A DNA stretch of 55,879 nt from an uncultured Candidatus Saccharibacteria bacterium (GCA_964518755.1 CAZFHH010000003.1:1-55879), one strand, 5' to 3'; numbered from the stretch's first letter, positions 15,914-25,113 are shown. A program made the numbers and translations. The notes: generated from the sequence alone by a model not told the origin.

Positions 15914-16594
15914 AAAAAACCCGGCGAAAAGAGAGAGTAAAAGAGATAAAGATTGTGCAGACAGTGTAAAAAAAAGTGTTACCAACACACCGGCAACCGG
16001 AGTGAGCGCGTCTATGAAAAGCCAGCGCCACGCACTACTGCGTGAGCCGTTATTTTTTATAATGAAGTTCACCGTGTTGATTCCGTCTGAAAAGTCATGT
16101 GCAAGGACTGCCACTGCGACTATGATGCCCACCGATGTTGAAACTTGGAATGCAAATCCAATACCGATACCGTCCAGAAAGCTGTGAAGTGATAAGCTTC
16201 CGGCGCCGGCTAACCCGCGCCGATGTTTATGTTTTGCATCGGCATCACCGGGCGCGTGATTATTAAGAAGTATGAGTCGGTCAAGGGTGAGATACAATAT
16301 AAAACCAAGTGCCGTTATTGATAGTACTGTCGCTGGCCCATAGAGGCCTTTTGCAAGTCTGAGCGATTCGGGAATAAGATCAAAAAATGCAACTGCAATG
16401 ATGGCTCCCGCACTGAAACCCAAAATAAGATGTAGGCGGTCTTTGAGCCATAGCGCAAACGAACCGCCCAGAAGAGTTGATAGGAAAGTCGCCACGGCAA
16501 CAAGAAAAATCATATACGAAAAGAGTACAGGGCATCTCTTGAATTGTCCATCGCGCGCTGATTGATTATCAAAAACTTTTAATTGAAAATTCAT
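15788..16594 (-). CDS. ZIP-family divalent metal (zinc) transporter, ZupT-like
   Basis: HSFLDGIGIGFAF, AVLAHDFSDG, C-terminal GASDLIPE. The start is uncertain (16594 or the internal Met at 16513). Confidence 0.8.
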   Translation of the reverse strand: MNFQLKVFDNQSARDGQFKRCPVLFSYMIFLVAVATFLSTLLGGSFALWLKDRLHLILGFSAGAIIAVAFFDLIPESLRLAKGLYGPATVLSITALGFILYLTLDRLILLNNHAPGDADAKHKHRRGLAGAGSLSLHSFLDGIGIGFAFQVSTSVGIIVAVAVLAHDFSDGINTVNFIIKNNGSRSSAWRWLFIDALTPVAGVLVTLFFTLSAQSLSLLLSLFAGFFLYLGASDLIPESYHSHPTRFTTYATIFGVLFIYAVVKLASS

Positions 16595-16651
16595 ACGGGC
16601 AACAAGAAAATAGTCGGCCCAATGGTGGCGCTATTTTCTTGTTGCCCGTAT
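16593..16651. promoter_or_regulatory. 21-bp perfect-stem hairpin abutting the annotated ZIP start codon
   Basis: ATACGGGCAACAAGAAAATAG-17 nt-CTATTTTCTTGTTGCCCGTAT. The left arm includes 2 nt of the ATG at 16594..16592. Confidence 0.5.
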
Positions 16652-16656
16652 GAAGA

Positions 16657-16700
16657 CAGCCCATGTCCGCTTGCCGGCCCCGGCAAGCGGACATGGGCTG
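16657..16700. repeat. 21-bp perfect-stem palindrome containing ATGTCCG/CGGACAT
   Basis: CAGCCCATGTCCGCTTGCCGG-cc-CCGGCAAGCGGACATGGGCTG, 38 nt upstream of the DUF192 start. Confidence 0.9.
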
Positions 16701-16737
16701 TATAAAGTGCACACAATGTATGCGATACTTGATAGCA

Positions 16738-17256
16738 ATGAATAAAAAAACTTTTCTTGCGATTGTTACAGGTGTTGCTGTGGTGATAGTGGCAATAATC
16801 CTCGGCGCCGTTTTCTATAGGACATATTCTTCTATAGGACATGTATCAACAGCAACGGTGCACACAAAGGTGTCCGATATGTACACGCATGGTGCAAATC
16901 AAAATATACGTTTTGAGATTGCCACTACAACCGTGGCGCAAAAACGTGGACTTTCCGGAAGGTTGGTGATACCGAATAACTATGCGATGTTGTTTGTTTT
17001 TCCAAATCCTGGAGTGTATGGTTTTTGGATGAAGGACATGCTTGTTCCGATTGATATCATATGGCTATCGGACAACGGAACCATTATCAGTATTGAGAAA
17101 TCGGTTCAGCCGAATACCTATCCGCATGTCTTTTATCCACAGACGCCCGCACGGTATGTTCTTGAGGCTCACGCCGGTTTTTCGCTTGAGCGCGGATGGC
17201 ATGTGGGCTCAGTCGTTGGTCTTCCTAGCCCATACGGTAAAAAGATTTTCAAATAA
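16738..17256 (+). CDS. DUF192 (COG1430) family protein with an N-terminal TM/signal anchor
   Basis: MLFVFP..GFWMKDMLVPIDIIWLSDNGTII...ARYVLEAHAG. Start moved to MNKKTFLAIV. Confidence 0.7.
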   Translation: MNKKTFLAIVTGVAVVIVAIILGAVFYRTYSSIGHVSTATVHTKVSDMYTHGANQNIRFEIATTTVAQKRGLSGRLVIPNNYAMLFVFPNPGVYGFWMKDMLVPIDIIWLSDNGTIISIEKSVQPNTYPHVFYPQTPARYVLEAHAGFSLERGWHVGSVVGLPSPYGKKIFK

Positions 17257-17452
17257 TTTTTTCGCCCTTTGCGGTGCGTTCAACAATCCAACACGGTGCA
17301 CCATTAAAGAGTTAGCACAAGCAAGAGGGCTTGCAATTATTTCTTGAGCCCGTGCCTACAAACCTTTACATACGGCGGTTAGTGTGGTAATATTATAAAC
17401 GAATTAAATCTGTTTTATCACAAATCTCACAGAACTTGAAGGAGACAATCCG

Positions 17453-17865
17453 ATGAAGATGAAAAGACTAATTGTTGTTGGGCACCGGCCCGGTTACACA
17501 AAAGTTGAAAAAAAGAAGTAGTGGCTAATAGGGTACACAATATAGCCAATGAAATGATTTTTAAGACTAATGATCAAAATGTGTTAATCATCAGCTCTAC
17601 AGCTTCAGCCGCGAGATTTGCCGCGAGGATTCTCGTGAAGGATCTTGGGGCCACGATAATACTTAGTAAAATCTTACAATCTGAGGAGGAAAAATGGAGT
17701 GAGAAAAAAGAGTGGCCTGAAAAAATATTTGACCTCATTTCCGCACATGTAAATTTTGGGGTGATTATTTTGATCACCAATATGGGATATTCGTGGAAAT
17801 TATACAGTATGTATCACACAAAAGGAGGATTTGAGGAGCAAAAATCAATCGTGATGGGGCGATAG
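17453..17865 (+). CDS. Hypothetical alpha/beta protein encoded in two frames (0 frame 17453..17521, -1 frame 17521..17865); candidate -1 frameshift gene or frameshifted pseudogene
   Basis: Strong SD (GAAGGAG) 8 nt before the ATG at 17453. The 0 frame stops after 22 codons. The downstream ORF has only a GTG that overlaps the TAG. Confidence 0.55.
17509..17515 (+). promoter_or_regulatory. Slippery heptamer A_AAA_AAG, in phase with the 0 frame
   Basis: 0-frame codons are GAA AAA AAG AAG TAG. A small hairpin TGGCTA..TAGCCA (17522..17548) begins 6 nt downstream. Confidence 0.5.
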
Positions 17866-17879
17866 CACATACTCCGTGT

Positions 17880-17929
17880 GAGCCCATTACAAATGACTGT
17901 GTACAGTCATTTGTAATGGGCTCTTTTTT
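17880..17929 (+). terminator. Rho-independent terminator, 21-bp stem followed by a T run
   Basis: GAGCCCATTACAAATGACTGT-gt-ACAGTCATTTGTAATGGGCTC tttttt. Confidence 0.85.
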
Positions 17930-18025
17930 ATACAGAAATTCGGAGTGTGTTGTGCGTGCACTTCAATATGAAATTAGGCGTGAATGCTTGCGCGGATATC
18001 TTTTCTGTGTGATACTTTTATTGGA

Positions 18026-18427
18026 AACCAACCCGGGCAATCGCTCCTTTTTTGAAAAGGAGAGGAAAGTCCGAGCACAGCCGATTTCGCGTTTGCGCGA
18101 AATTGTGGAGCAGGGTAGCGGGTAACGCCCGTCCGCCGTGAGGCGAGAGGTGCGAGCAGAGACGCCTGTCAGATGGAAACATCGGGGCATCTTTAACTCT
18201 TATGAGTTTGAAGATGAGCTTCGCTTGGGTAACCGCGAAGGTGAAACGGCAAAATCCTTACCTCTGTGCAAGGCCGTGCCTCCCGCCCGCCCATATCACG
18301 CGCTTCGCGCGTGATATGGGCGGGCGGGAGGAGTGCCGCTAGAGGCTACCGGCAACGATAGCCCTAAGATAAATGATTGCCCTTGTTATTTTTAACAAGA
18401 CAGAACTCGGCTTATAGGGTTGGTTTC
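18026..18427 (+). ncRNA. rnpB: RNase P RNA, bacterial type A
   Basis: P4 strands GAGGAAAGTCCGAGC and ACAGAACTCGGCTTAT. GCAGGGTAGCGGGTAACGCCCG module. P1 pairing GAAACCAACCC/GGGTTGGTTTC. Confidence 0.92.
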
Positions 18428-18434
18428 TTTTATA

Positions 18435-18467
18435 CAAAAAAGACCGGATTTATTCCGGTCTTTTTTG
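18435..18467 (+). terminator. Terminator after rnpB
   Basis: AAAAAAGACCGGA-tttatt-CCGGTCTTTTTTG. Confidence 0.8.
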
Positions 18468-18585
18468 TGGAAAACCATATGGATAAAATTATGCACACGT
18501 AGTACACTTATGATATGTACTCGGGGCAATCAATATTATTATCAGCGACGTGTTTATCACACGTTATTAATTAACAAATAAATAT

Positions 18586-21015
18586 ATGTTTTCCAGATTT
18601 TCATTTTCACGACAAGATTGTTCATATGATAAATCAGCTCTATGGATATTTTTGGCACTATTCATTCTTGCGGCTGTGGTTGTGGTGCCAAATACGATAT
18701 TTCCAATCTTCTCAACAAAGGTAACCATCCTTGCGCTTGGTAGCATTGCGGCTCTCGTATTATATGTGTTGGCGCGATTTTCTAACGGTAACGTCTCTCT
18801 TCCGCCACTTCTTCTTATTGGTGCTTTGTGGAGTGTTCCGCTCGCCTATGGTCTTTCCGCAGTATTTTCCGGGGCTCCATTGGCAATCTCTGTTTTCGGT
18901 CATTCATTTGAAGCGGACACGTTCGGCTTTTTGTTTTTGATGGGATTGGTTGGCACTCTTGCGGCTTTTATCATAGAGGCGCCGTCACACTACAAATCTT
19001 TCTTTCGTATCAGTGCAATTTTAGCGGCGTTTGTCTTTGTTGTGCAGGCATTGTTCATTATTGTTCATTATGCGTATCCAAACTCCGTTTCTCCGCTTTT
19101 GACAGTGCTTGGATCATGGTCTGATCTTACGCTGTTCTCCGGGCTTGTGGCAGTCATCATTATGTTGTCGTACAGGTTTATCCCGCTTTCGCGTCGCGCT
19201 AAAGTGTGCCTTGGTGTTCTCTTGGCTTTTTCGTTGCTTTATCTCACCATCGCATATAGTGTTGCCACGTGGGTGTTGGTGAGTATTACGGCACTTGGGC
19301 TTTTCGTTGAAAGTGTCATGCGCCGTGTTACTCCTTTCTCAGGGAGTGCCGATACATTTGTAGAGGTGGAAACTGAAGATGGCATTGCCATCGCTAATAT
19401 TGAAACACACGAAGCGGTGTGGGATACGGATGCTCCATCATACAGTATTATAGCCCCGCTCATTGTGCTTGTGGTTTCATTATTTTTCATCTTGGGAGGA
19501 GCGGCAATTTCCGGCACGGTAAAAAATGCACTTCATACCAACTTCCTAAACGTTCGCCCTTCATGGCAATCTACAATGCGAATTGAACATGCATCATACG
19601 GTACCACGGCACTCTTCGGCTCCGGTCCGGATACGTTCACGAAACAATGGCTTCTGTTGCGAGACAAATCCATAAATGCGACTCCATTCTGGAACACAAA
19701 CTTTACCGGTGGAATTGGTTTTATCCCCACGTCATTCATCACGACAGGTATTGTGGGTACCATCGCGTGGCTATTCCTTCTGATTGCGCTTATCTTCGTT
19801 GGTATCCGCTCCTTCCTCGTAAGAGAATATGAGAATCCTTCATTGCGCACGGTTTCGCTTGTCGCATTCTTGGGGTCCCTGTTTGTATTTCTGGAGCTTA
19901 TATTTACCGTTCCGGGACCAATCTCGATCGCGTTCGGATTCCTTCTTTTGGGAGTCTTCATATCAACGCTTCGTTACAGAAAGAATTCAGACGCGCGCGT
20001 CATTTCTTTCTTGGAAAGCCCCCGTGCAAGTTTTTCCGTCATCTTTATTCTTACGCTATTCTTACTCGTGTTCCTTGCAGGAGCATATATGGTTGTCGGT
20101 AGATACGTTGCGCAAGTGTATTTGGTTCAATCGCAAAAGAGCTTGTATTCCGGTAACATCACCTCTGCGGATTCTGCCGCGCTAAGCTCGCTTCGCTTCG
20201 CTCAAAGTGACGATGCATATCGCACTCGCGCAATTATCGCGGCAACGGCGGTTCGCCAACTTGAAAGCACCGCGACATCAACATCCCCAGCATTTCAGAA
20301 GCAGGTTCAAAGCATTCTTTCACAAGGAATTGCAAATGCACAAGCGGCGATACGCATAAACGCAGATTCGTATGTAAACTGGTTGGCGCTTGGAGAACTG
20401 TATCAAATTGCAATTCCTCTCAAGGTGTCAGGTTCGTATGCTGCGGCTCAGTCTGCGTACTCCAAGGCGTCGTCGCTTAATCCGGTGAGTCCACTTATTC
20501 TCTACACGCAAGCGCGCGCAGCGGTAGAAAATCGCTCATATGCGGATGCTGATTCTTTCCTAAGAAAAGCAATCGCACTAAAACCGAATTATACACAAGC
20601 GATATTCCTTCTTTCTCAGGTTGACGTTCAGCTGGGCAAGGCAAAAGAGGCTCTTGGGGCGGCACAATCAGCTGCATACTTTTCTCCCAACGATCCATAC
20701 ATATTATTCCAGGTAGGGGTATTGCGTGAAGCAACCGGTGATATGTCCGGTGCAATCCCTGCGCTTAAGCGTGCGGTTGCCATCAATCCAAAATATGCAA
20801 ATGCACATTATTTCCTGGCGGTTGCATATGCGAACCAAAAAGATTACAAGAAGGCGGTTACAGAGCTTGAGACGATTGTAAAATTGTCATCCGGCAATGA
20901 GCGTACTCTTGCGCCGATTATCAGTGCGCTTGAAAAGGGTATCAATCCGTTCCGTAAATCATCCGCAAAGGGTATCTCGTCCGATACTCCAATCAAGACG
21001 TCTTCCGGTAAATAG
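18586..21015 (+). CDS. Polytopic membrane protein with C-terminal TPR repeats (O-antigen ligase/polymerase-like architecture)
   Basis: 809 aa. About 12 hydrophobic segments in the N-terminal 500 aa. The C-terminal 250 aa carry repeated TPR-like A..Y..A...P motifs (ALKPNYTQAIFLL, AINPKYANAHYFLAVAY). Confidence 0.6.
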   Translation: MFSRFSFSRQDCSYDKSALWIFLALFILAAVVVVPNTIFPIFSTKVTILALGSIAALVLYVLARFSNGNVSLPPLLLIGALWSVPLAYGLSAVFSGAPLAISVFGHSFEADTFGFLFLMGLVGTLAAFIIEAPSHYKSFFRISAILAAFVFVVQALFIIVHYAYPNSVSPLLTVLGSWSDLTLFSGLVAVIIMLSYRFIPLSRRAKVCLGVLLAFSLLYLTIAYSVATWVLVSITALGLFVESVMRRVTPFSGSADTFVEVETEDGIAIANIETHEAVWDTDAPSYSIIAPLIVLVVSLFFILGGAAISGTVKNALHTNFLNVRPSWQSTMRIEHASYGTTALFGSGPDTFTKQWLLLRDKSINATPFWNTNFTGGIGFIPTSFITTGIVGTIAWLFLLIALIFVGIRSFLVREYENPSLRTVSLVAFLGSLFVFLELIFTVPGPISIAFGFLLLGVFISTLRYRKNSDARVISFLESPRASFSVIFILTLFLLVFLAGAYMVVGRYVAQVYLVQSQKSLYSGNITSADSAALSSLRFAQSDDAYRTRAIIAATAVRQLESTATSTSPAFQKQVQSILSQGIANAQAAIRINADSYVNWLALGELYQIAIPLKVSGSYAAAQSAYSKASSLNPVSPLILYTQARAAVENRSYADADSFLRKAIALKPNYTQAIFLLSQVDVQLGKAKEALGAAQSAAYFSPNDPYILFQVGVLREATGDMSGAIPALKRAVAINPKYANAHYFLAVAYANQKDYKKAVTELETIVKLSSGNERTLAPIISALEKGINPFRKSSAKGISSDTPIKTSSGK

Positions 21016-21020
21016 CAATT

Positions 21021-22679
21021 ATGGTTAGAAATTTCCTACGGAAATTCGCAACACCAATACGCGGCCTACATCAGGCTGCGTATTTGCTTGCGATGTTAAC
21101 CTTGGGTTCACAGGTGCTTGCATTGATACGAGATAGAATATTCGCGCATTTGTTTGGTGCAAGCATGCCGCTTGATATTTATTATGCGGCATTCAAAATC
21201 CCAAACTTGATGTTTGTGCTTGTTGCATCACTTACTTCCGCGTATGTGTTAATACCTCGCATCACAAGTGCCTCGCAAGAGGAAACCAAAGAGTTAATCT
21301 CAAACGCAGTATCTTTTCTCTTGATGGTTACCGGTGTTATCGCGATTGTGGTTGCTATCTTTACACCAGAAATCCTCACAGCGCTGTTCCCGCGACTTAT
21401 AGCGTCTTCGTACGGTGGTACGTTTGTTTTGTTGGCGCGTTTGCTTTTGCTACAGCCAATTCTTCTTGGGCTTTCCGGCATTGCCTCAAGCGTAACGCAA
21501 GTTCACAGACAGTTCATCATCTTTTCGTTTTCCTCAATCTTATATAACATTGGAATTATAATCGGCGCGGTGGTGTTTTATCCGTATGTCGGGCTGGTTG
21601 GCATAGGGTATGGGGTGATATTGGGCTCTATTGCATTTCTTGCCATTCATATCCCGGTACTTTGGAAAGCAAAGCTCATGCCACACCTTATACTTCCGTC
21701 TCGTTCGGTTATGGTTCCCGTTATGAAGGAATCAATTCCAAGAACACTGGCACTTGGCGTGAGCTCAATGGTTGTGTTGCTCATCACCGCCCTCGCCGCG
21801 CGTGTTGGTTCAGGAGCCATATCTGTGTTTACCTTTGGAACCAATCTTGAGTCTGTTCCGCTTATGCTTATCGGAACATCGTATGCCGTTGCCGCATTTC
21901 CGATACTCTCAGAGCTTGCTGGGGATAAAAGACGCACTGAGTTTACAAAAATGTTATCAGCATCATCGCGACATATCATCGTGTGGTCACTTGTAGTTGC
22001 CGGGATTATCATTGTGCTGCGCGCACATATAGTTCGCATTATTCTTGGAACCGGTCATTTCAATTGGAATGACACACGTCTTGTCGCGGCTGTGTTGGCG
22101 ATTTTGGTTGTCGCTCTTGCGGCGCAGGGTCTTGTTTTTCTATTGTCCCGCGCATTCTATGCGATACAGTATTCATGGCGACCTCTCTTGTATCAGCTCG
22201 TTGGCGCGGCGGTATCAATATTGATTGCCGGTGGCGGATTATGGTATTTGCATCGCGCGCCCATAGTGCTTTCCACCGTGAGTGCGTTATTCCGCGTACA
22301 TAATGTGCCTGGAAATATTGTATTGGTATTTGCGTTTGCAATTATGCTTGGGCAAATAGTAATTGCTCTATTGTTACTCGCATCATTTCATCGTATCGCG
22401 AAGGGATTAAATCGGGCATTGATACGTCCTTTTGTACACGGATTACTTGCCGCCGTTGTTGCGGGATATCTTATGCGTGTGTTTCTTTCATTTGCCGGCG
22501 CCATGGCGCCGTTAACAACTCTTGCAACAGTCTTCACACAAGGGGCTATAGCTGGTATTGTTGGACTTGTAAGTGCAGGAGCTACTCTATGGTTATTGCG
22601 CAACTCGGAATTTCGAGATATGCGACGAGCGGTGCACCACTTTCTTAAAAGCAAAATACCAACTTTTGGAGCATCATGA
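21021..22679 (+). CDS. murJ: Lipid II flippase MurJ/MviN
   Basis: RDRIFAHLFGASMPLDIYYAAFKIPNLMF N-terminal signature, about 14 TM segments, 552 aa. Confidence 0.8.
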   Translation: MVRNFLRKFATPIRGLHQAAYLLAMLTLGSQVLALIRDRIFAHLFGASMPLDIYYAAFKIPNLMFVLVASLTSAYVLIPRITSASQEETKELISNAVSFLLMVTGVIAIVVAIFTPEILTALFPRLIASSYGGTFVLLARLLLLQPILLGLSGIASSVTQVHRQFIIFSFSSILYNIGIIIGAVVFYPYVGLVGIGYGVILGSIAFLAIHIPVLWKAKLMPHLILPSRSVMVPVMKESIPRTLALGVSSMVVLLITALAARVGSGAISVFTFGTNLESVPLMLIGTSYAVAAFPILSELAGDKRRTEFTKMLSASSRHIIVWSLVVAGIIIVLRAHIVRIILGTGHFNWNDTRLVAAVLAILVVALAAQGLVFLLSRAFYAIQYSWRPLLYQLVGAAVSILIAGGGLWYLHRAPIVLSTVSALFRVHNVPGNIVLVFAFAIMLGQIVIALLLLASFHRIAKGLNRALIRPFVHGLLAAVVAGYLMRVFLSFAGAMAPLTTLATVFTQGAIAGIVGLVSAGATLWLLRNSEFRDMRRAVHHFLKSKIPTFGAS

Positions 22680-24478
22680 ACAAGAACGATACTTTATACA
22701 AACGCAATTTTAGCATCATAGCTCATATTGACCACGGGAAATCAACGCTCGCCGACAGGTTGCTTGAGCGTACCGATACCATTGATAAGCGAAAGATGCG
22801 CGATCAAGTGCTTGACCGTATGGATCTGGAGCGCGAGCGTGGAATTACCATAAAAATGCAACCTGTACTTATGCATTATCGTGCTGATGATGGCACTGTA
22901 TATACATTAAATCTCATTGATACGCCCGGACATATTGATTTTGCATACGAAGTTTCTCGCGCGCTCAAGGCGGTTGAGGGTGTGTTGCTGTTGGTTGACG
23001 CAACGCAGGGCGTGCAGGCGCAAACACTCACAACACTTTCCATGGCGAAAGATGCCGGGTGCGTTATCGTGCCGGTTATAACCAAAATAGATTCTCCCCT
23101 TGCTCGCGTATCCGATGCAGGCGATGAGATATCAAAACTGCTTGGTGTTAATGAAGAAGAAATTATTTCAGTATCGGGGAAAACCGGAGAAGGAGTTGAT
23201 ACTCTTCTTAAGGAGATTATAAAGCGCGTTCCGCCCCCGCGTGCTTCGTCATCCGACGAAGCACGCGGGCTCGTTTTTGATTTTTCATATTCCACACATC
23301 GTGGCATTAGTGTATATCTGCGTTTATTTGACGGCTCAATAAAAAAGGGCGATACACTCACGTTGCGTGGCGCGGGGAAGCAATATACCGCACTTGAGGT
23401 TGGGATTTTTACTCCGGATGAAGTACCGATTGAGTGTCTTAACGCCGGGGATACCGGTTATGTGGTAACCGGTATCAAGGAACCGGGTGTGGTTGCGGTT
23501 GGGGATACTGTTGCGAATGTTCGCGGAGCACTACCTCCTCTTGAGGGTTTTGAGCGACCACACGCGGTTGTGTGGGCAAGTGTGTATCCCGAAAGTCAAG
23601 ATGATTTCCCGAATCTAAAGCGCGCACTTGAACGATTGCATTTGGCAGACTCCTCACTTTCTTTTGAGGAAGAGGCTTCCGGAACGCTTGGGCGTGGGTT
23701 TCGGTGTGGTTTCTTGGGGATGCTTCATCTTGAAATAATCACAGAGCGTTTGCACAGAGAGTTCTCACTTAATCTCATCACCACCATACCAACCATTTCC
23801 TATACGGTAACGACGCAAAAGAAACGTGAAGTCATTTATACGCCATCACGATTTCCGGAATTCGGCGCAATCGTTTCAATTGAGGAGCCGTGGGCGAGTG
23901 TGATACTCATCACCCCGCCGGAATCACTCTCGTTGCTCATGCAGCTTTTCTATGAGCACGAAGGGGCTGTATTGAATACCAAGACATATGTGGACGGGCG
24001 TATTGAGCTCACCATCGAGATGCCGTTGAGAGAGCTTATGCGAGGGTTCTTTGACAGAGTGAAAAACGTATCTTCCGGATATGCTTCTTTGTCATACACA
24101 ATCCTTGAAGAGCGCAAAGCCGACGTGGTCAAAATTGAAGTACGTATCGCGGAAGAGCCGGTTCCGGCATTTGCGCGCGTGGTATCGCGCAGGCGTTTGC
24201 AGGAAGAGGCGGAGCATATTGTGGAGCGGTTGTATAAAGTATTGCCACGACAAATGTTTGTAACAAAAATACAAGTATATGCTCTTGGCAGAATTATTGC
24301 ATCGCGCACACTCTCTGCAATGCGAAAAGATGTTACAGGATATTTGTATGGTGGAGACGTAACCAGAAAGAAAAAATTGCTTGAAAAACAAAAGAAGGGG
24401 AAAAAGCGCCTTGCCGCACATGGGAAAGTGCACATCCCGGAAGATGTTTTTATGAAAATGGTGCGTGATTATGAATAG
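22676..24478 (+). CDS. lepA: Elongation factor 4 (LepA)
   Basis: RNFSIIAHIDHGKSTLADRLLE, DTPGHIDF, TKID, and a LepA C-terminal domain. ATGA overlap with murJ. Confidence 0.92.
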   Translation: MNKNDTLYKRNFSIIAHIDHGKSTLADRLLERTDTIDKRKMRDQVLDRMDLERERGITIKMQPVLMHYRADDGTVYTLNLIDTPGHIDFAYEVSRALKAVEGVLLLVDATQGVQAQTLTTLSMAKDAGCVIVPVITKIDSPLARVSDAGDEISKLLGVNEEEIISVSGKTGEGVDTLLKEIIKRVPPPRASSSDEARGLVFDFSYSTHRGISVYLRLFDGSIKKGDTLTLRGAGKQYTALEVGIFTPDEVPIECLNAGDTGYVVTGIKEPGVVAVGDTVANVRGALPPLEGFERPHAVVWASVYPESQDDFPNLKRALERLHLADSSLSFEEEASGTLGRGFRCGFLGMLHLEIITERLHREFSLNLITTIPTISYTVTTQKKREVIYTPSRFPEFGAIVSIEEPWASVILITPPESLSLLMQLFYEHEGAVLNTKTYVDGRIELTIEMPLRELMRGFFDRVKNVSSGYASLSYTILEERKADVVKIEVRIAEEPVPAFARVVSRRRLQEEAEHIVERLYKVLPRQMFVTKIQVYALGRIIASRTLSAMRKDVTGYLYGGDVTRKKKLLEKQKKGKKRLAAHGKVHIPEDVFMKMVRDYE

Positions 24479-24504
24479 TGTTTTAGTGCGGTATACTGTT
24501 AGTA

Positions 24505-24867
24505 ATGTTTTCATCATCGTCACGCAAGAAAAATAGCAGTCCTAATTATATACGGCAGGGGATACTAATCGGCATATTCATACTCGCCATCGTGTGGCTC
24601 GGGTCTCTTATCACAGGGCTGTTTTCCAAGGCGCAAATTGCCTGGAAAACTGCTCAGCATACGCAGCGTGAGGCGCAGGTATTAAAACATAGGGCAAACA
24701 TACTTGAGCAAAATATGCACACTCTTGATACTCCCCGCGGATATTCAGCGTCAGTTCGTACGGCGTTCGGGGTTGCTCGTCCCGACGAGAGTGTTATTAT
24801 TGTTGTACCGAGTGTCGCCGCAACAAGCACTCCCCCAAAAAAATCTTGGTGGAAACGCCTGTTTTAA
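24505..24867 (+). CDS. FtsB/DivIC-like septum formation initiator (small bitopic coiled-coil protein)
   Basis: One TM helix, a coiled coil (REAQVLKHRANILEQNMHTL), then the typical tail ..RTAFGVARPDESVIIV. Confidence 0.5.
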   Translation: MFSSSSRKKNSSPNYIRQGILIGIFILAIVWLGSLITGLFSKAQIAWKTAQHTQREAQVLKHRANILEQNMHTLDTPRGYSASVRTAFGVARPDESVIIVVPSVAATSTPPKKSWWKRLF

Positions 24868-24894
24868 TAAAAGGGGTCAGACCCCTTTTATTAA
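24864..24894 (+). terminator. Terminator hairpin containing the GGGGTCAGACCCC palindrome
   Basis: TTAATAAAAGGGGTC-a-GACCCCTTTTATTAA. The same core occurs inverted at 54533..54551. Confidence 0.65.
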
Positions 24895-25113
24895 AAAGTG
24901 AGGTGTAATTTTCCCCGGAAGATAGAGAAAGAAGGGCGGCATGCTCTGTTGATAATTATAGTCAGCTTGGCAGTTTCCACTTTCTGCGCGGTGGAAAGTC
25001 GTTCGGGAAAATTTTTAACATCAGATGTCGGAAATCTGTGTAGGAAACGAAACCGGGGTGCATTGTAATTAGGAGGTGTCTAGTGGAGAGAGCGTTTGAT
25101 ATGGGTGATATGA

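Noticed and set aside
17916-18190. ORFs 17916..18125 (+) and 17963..18190 (-)
   Set aside because: They lie on top of the RNase P RNA gene (18026..18427), which has unmistakable P4 and other conserved elements.
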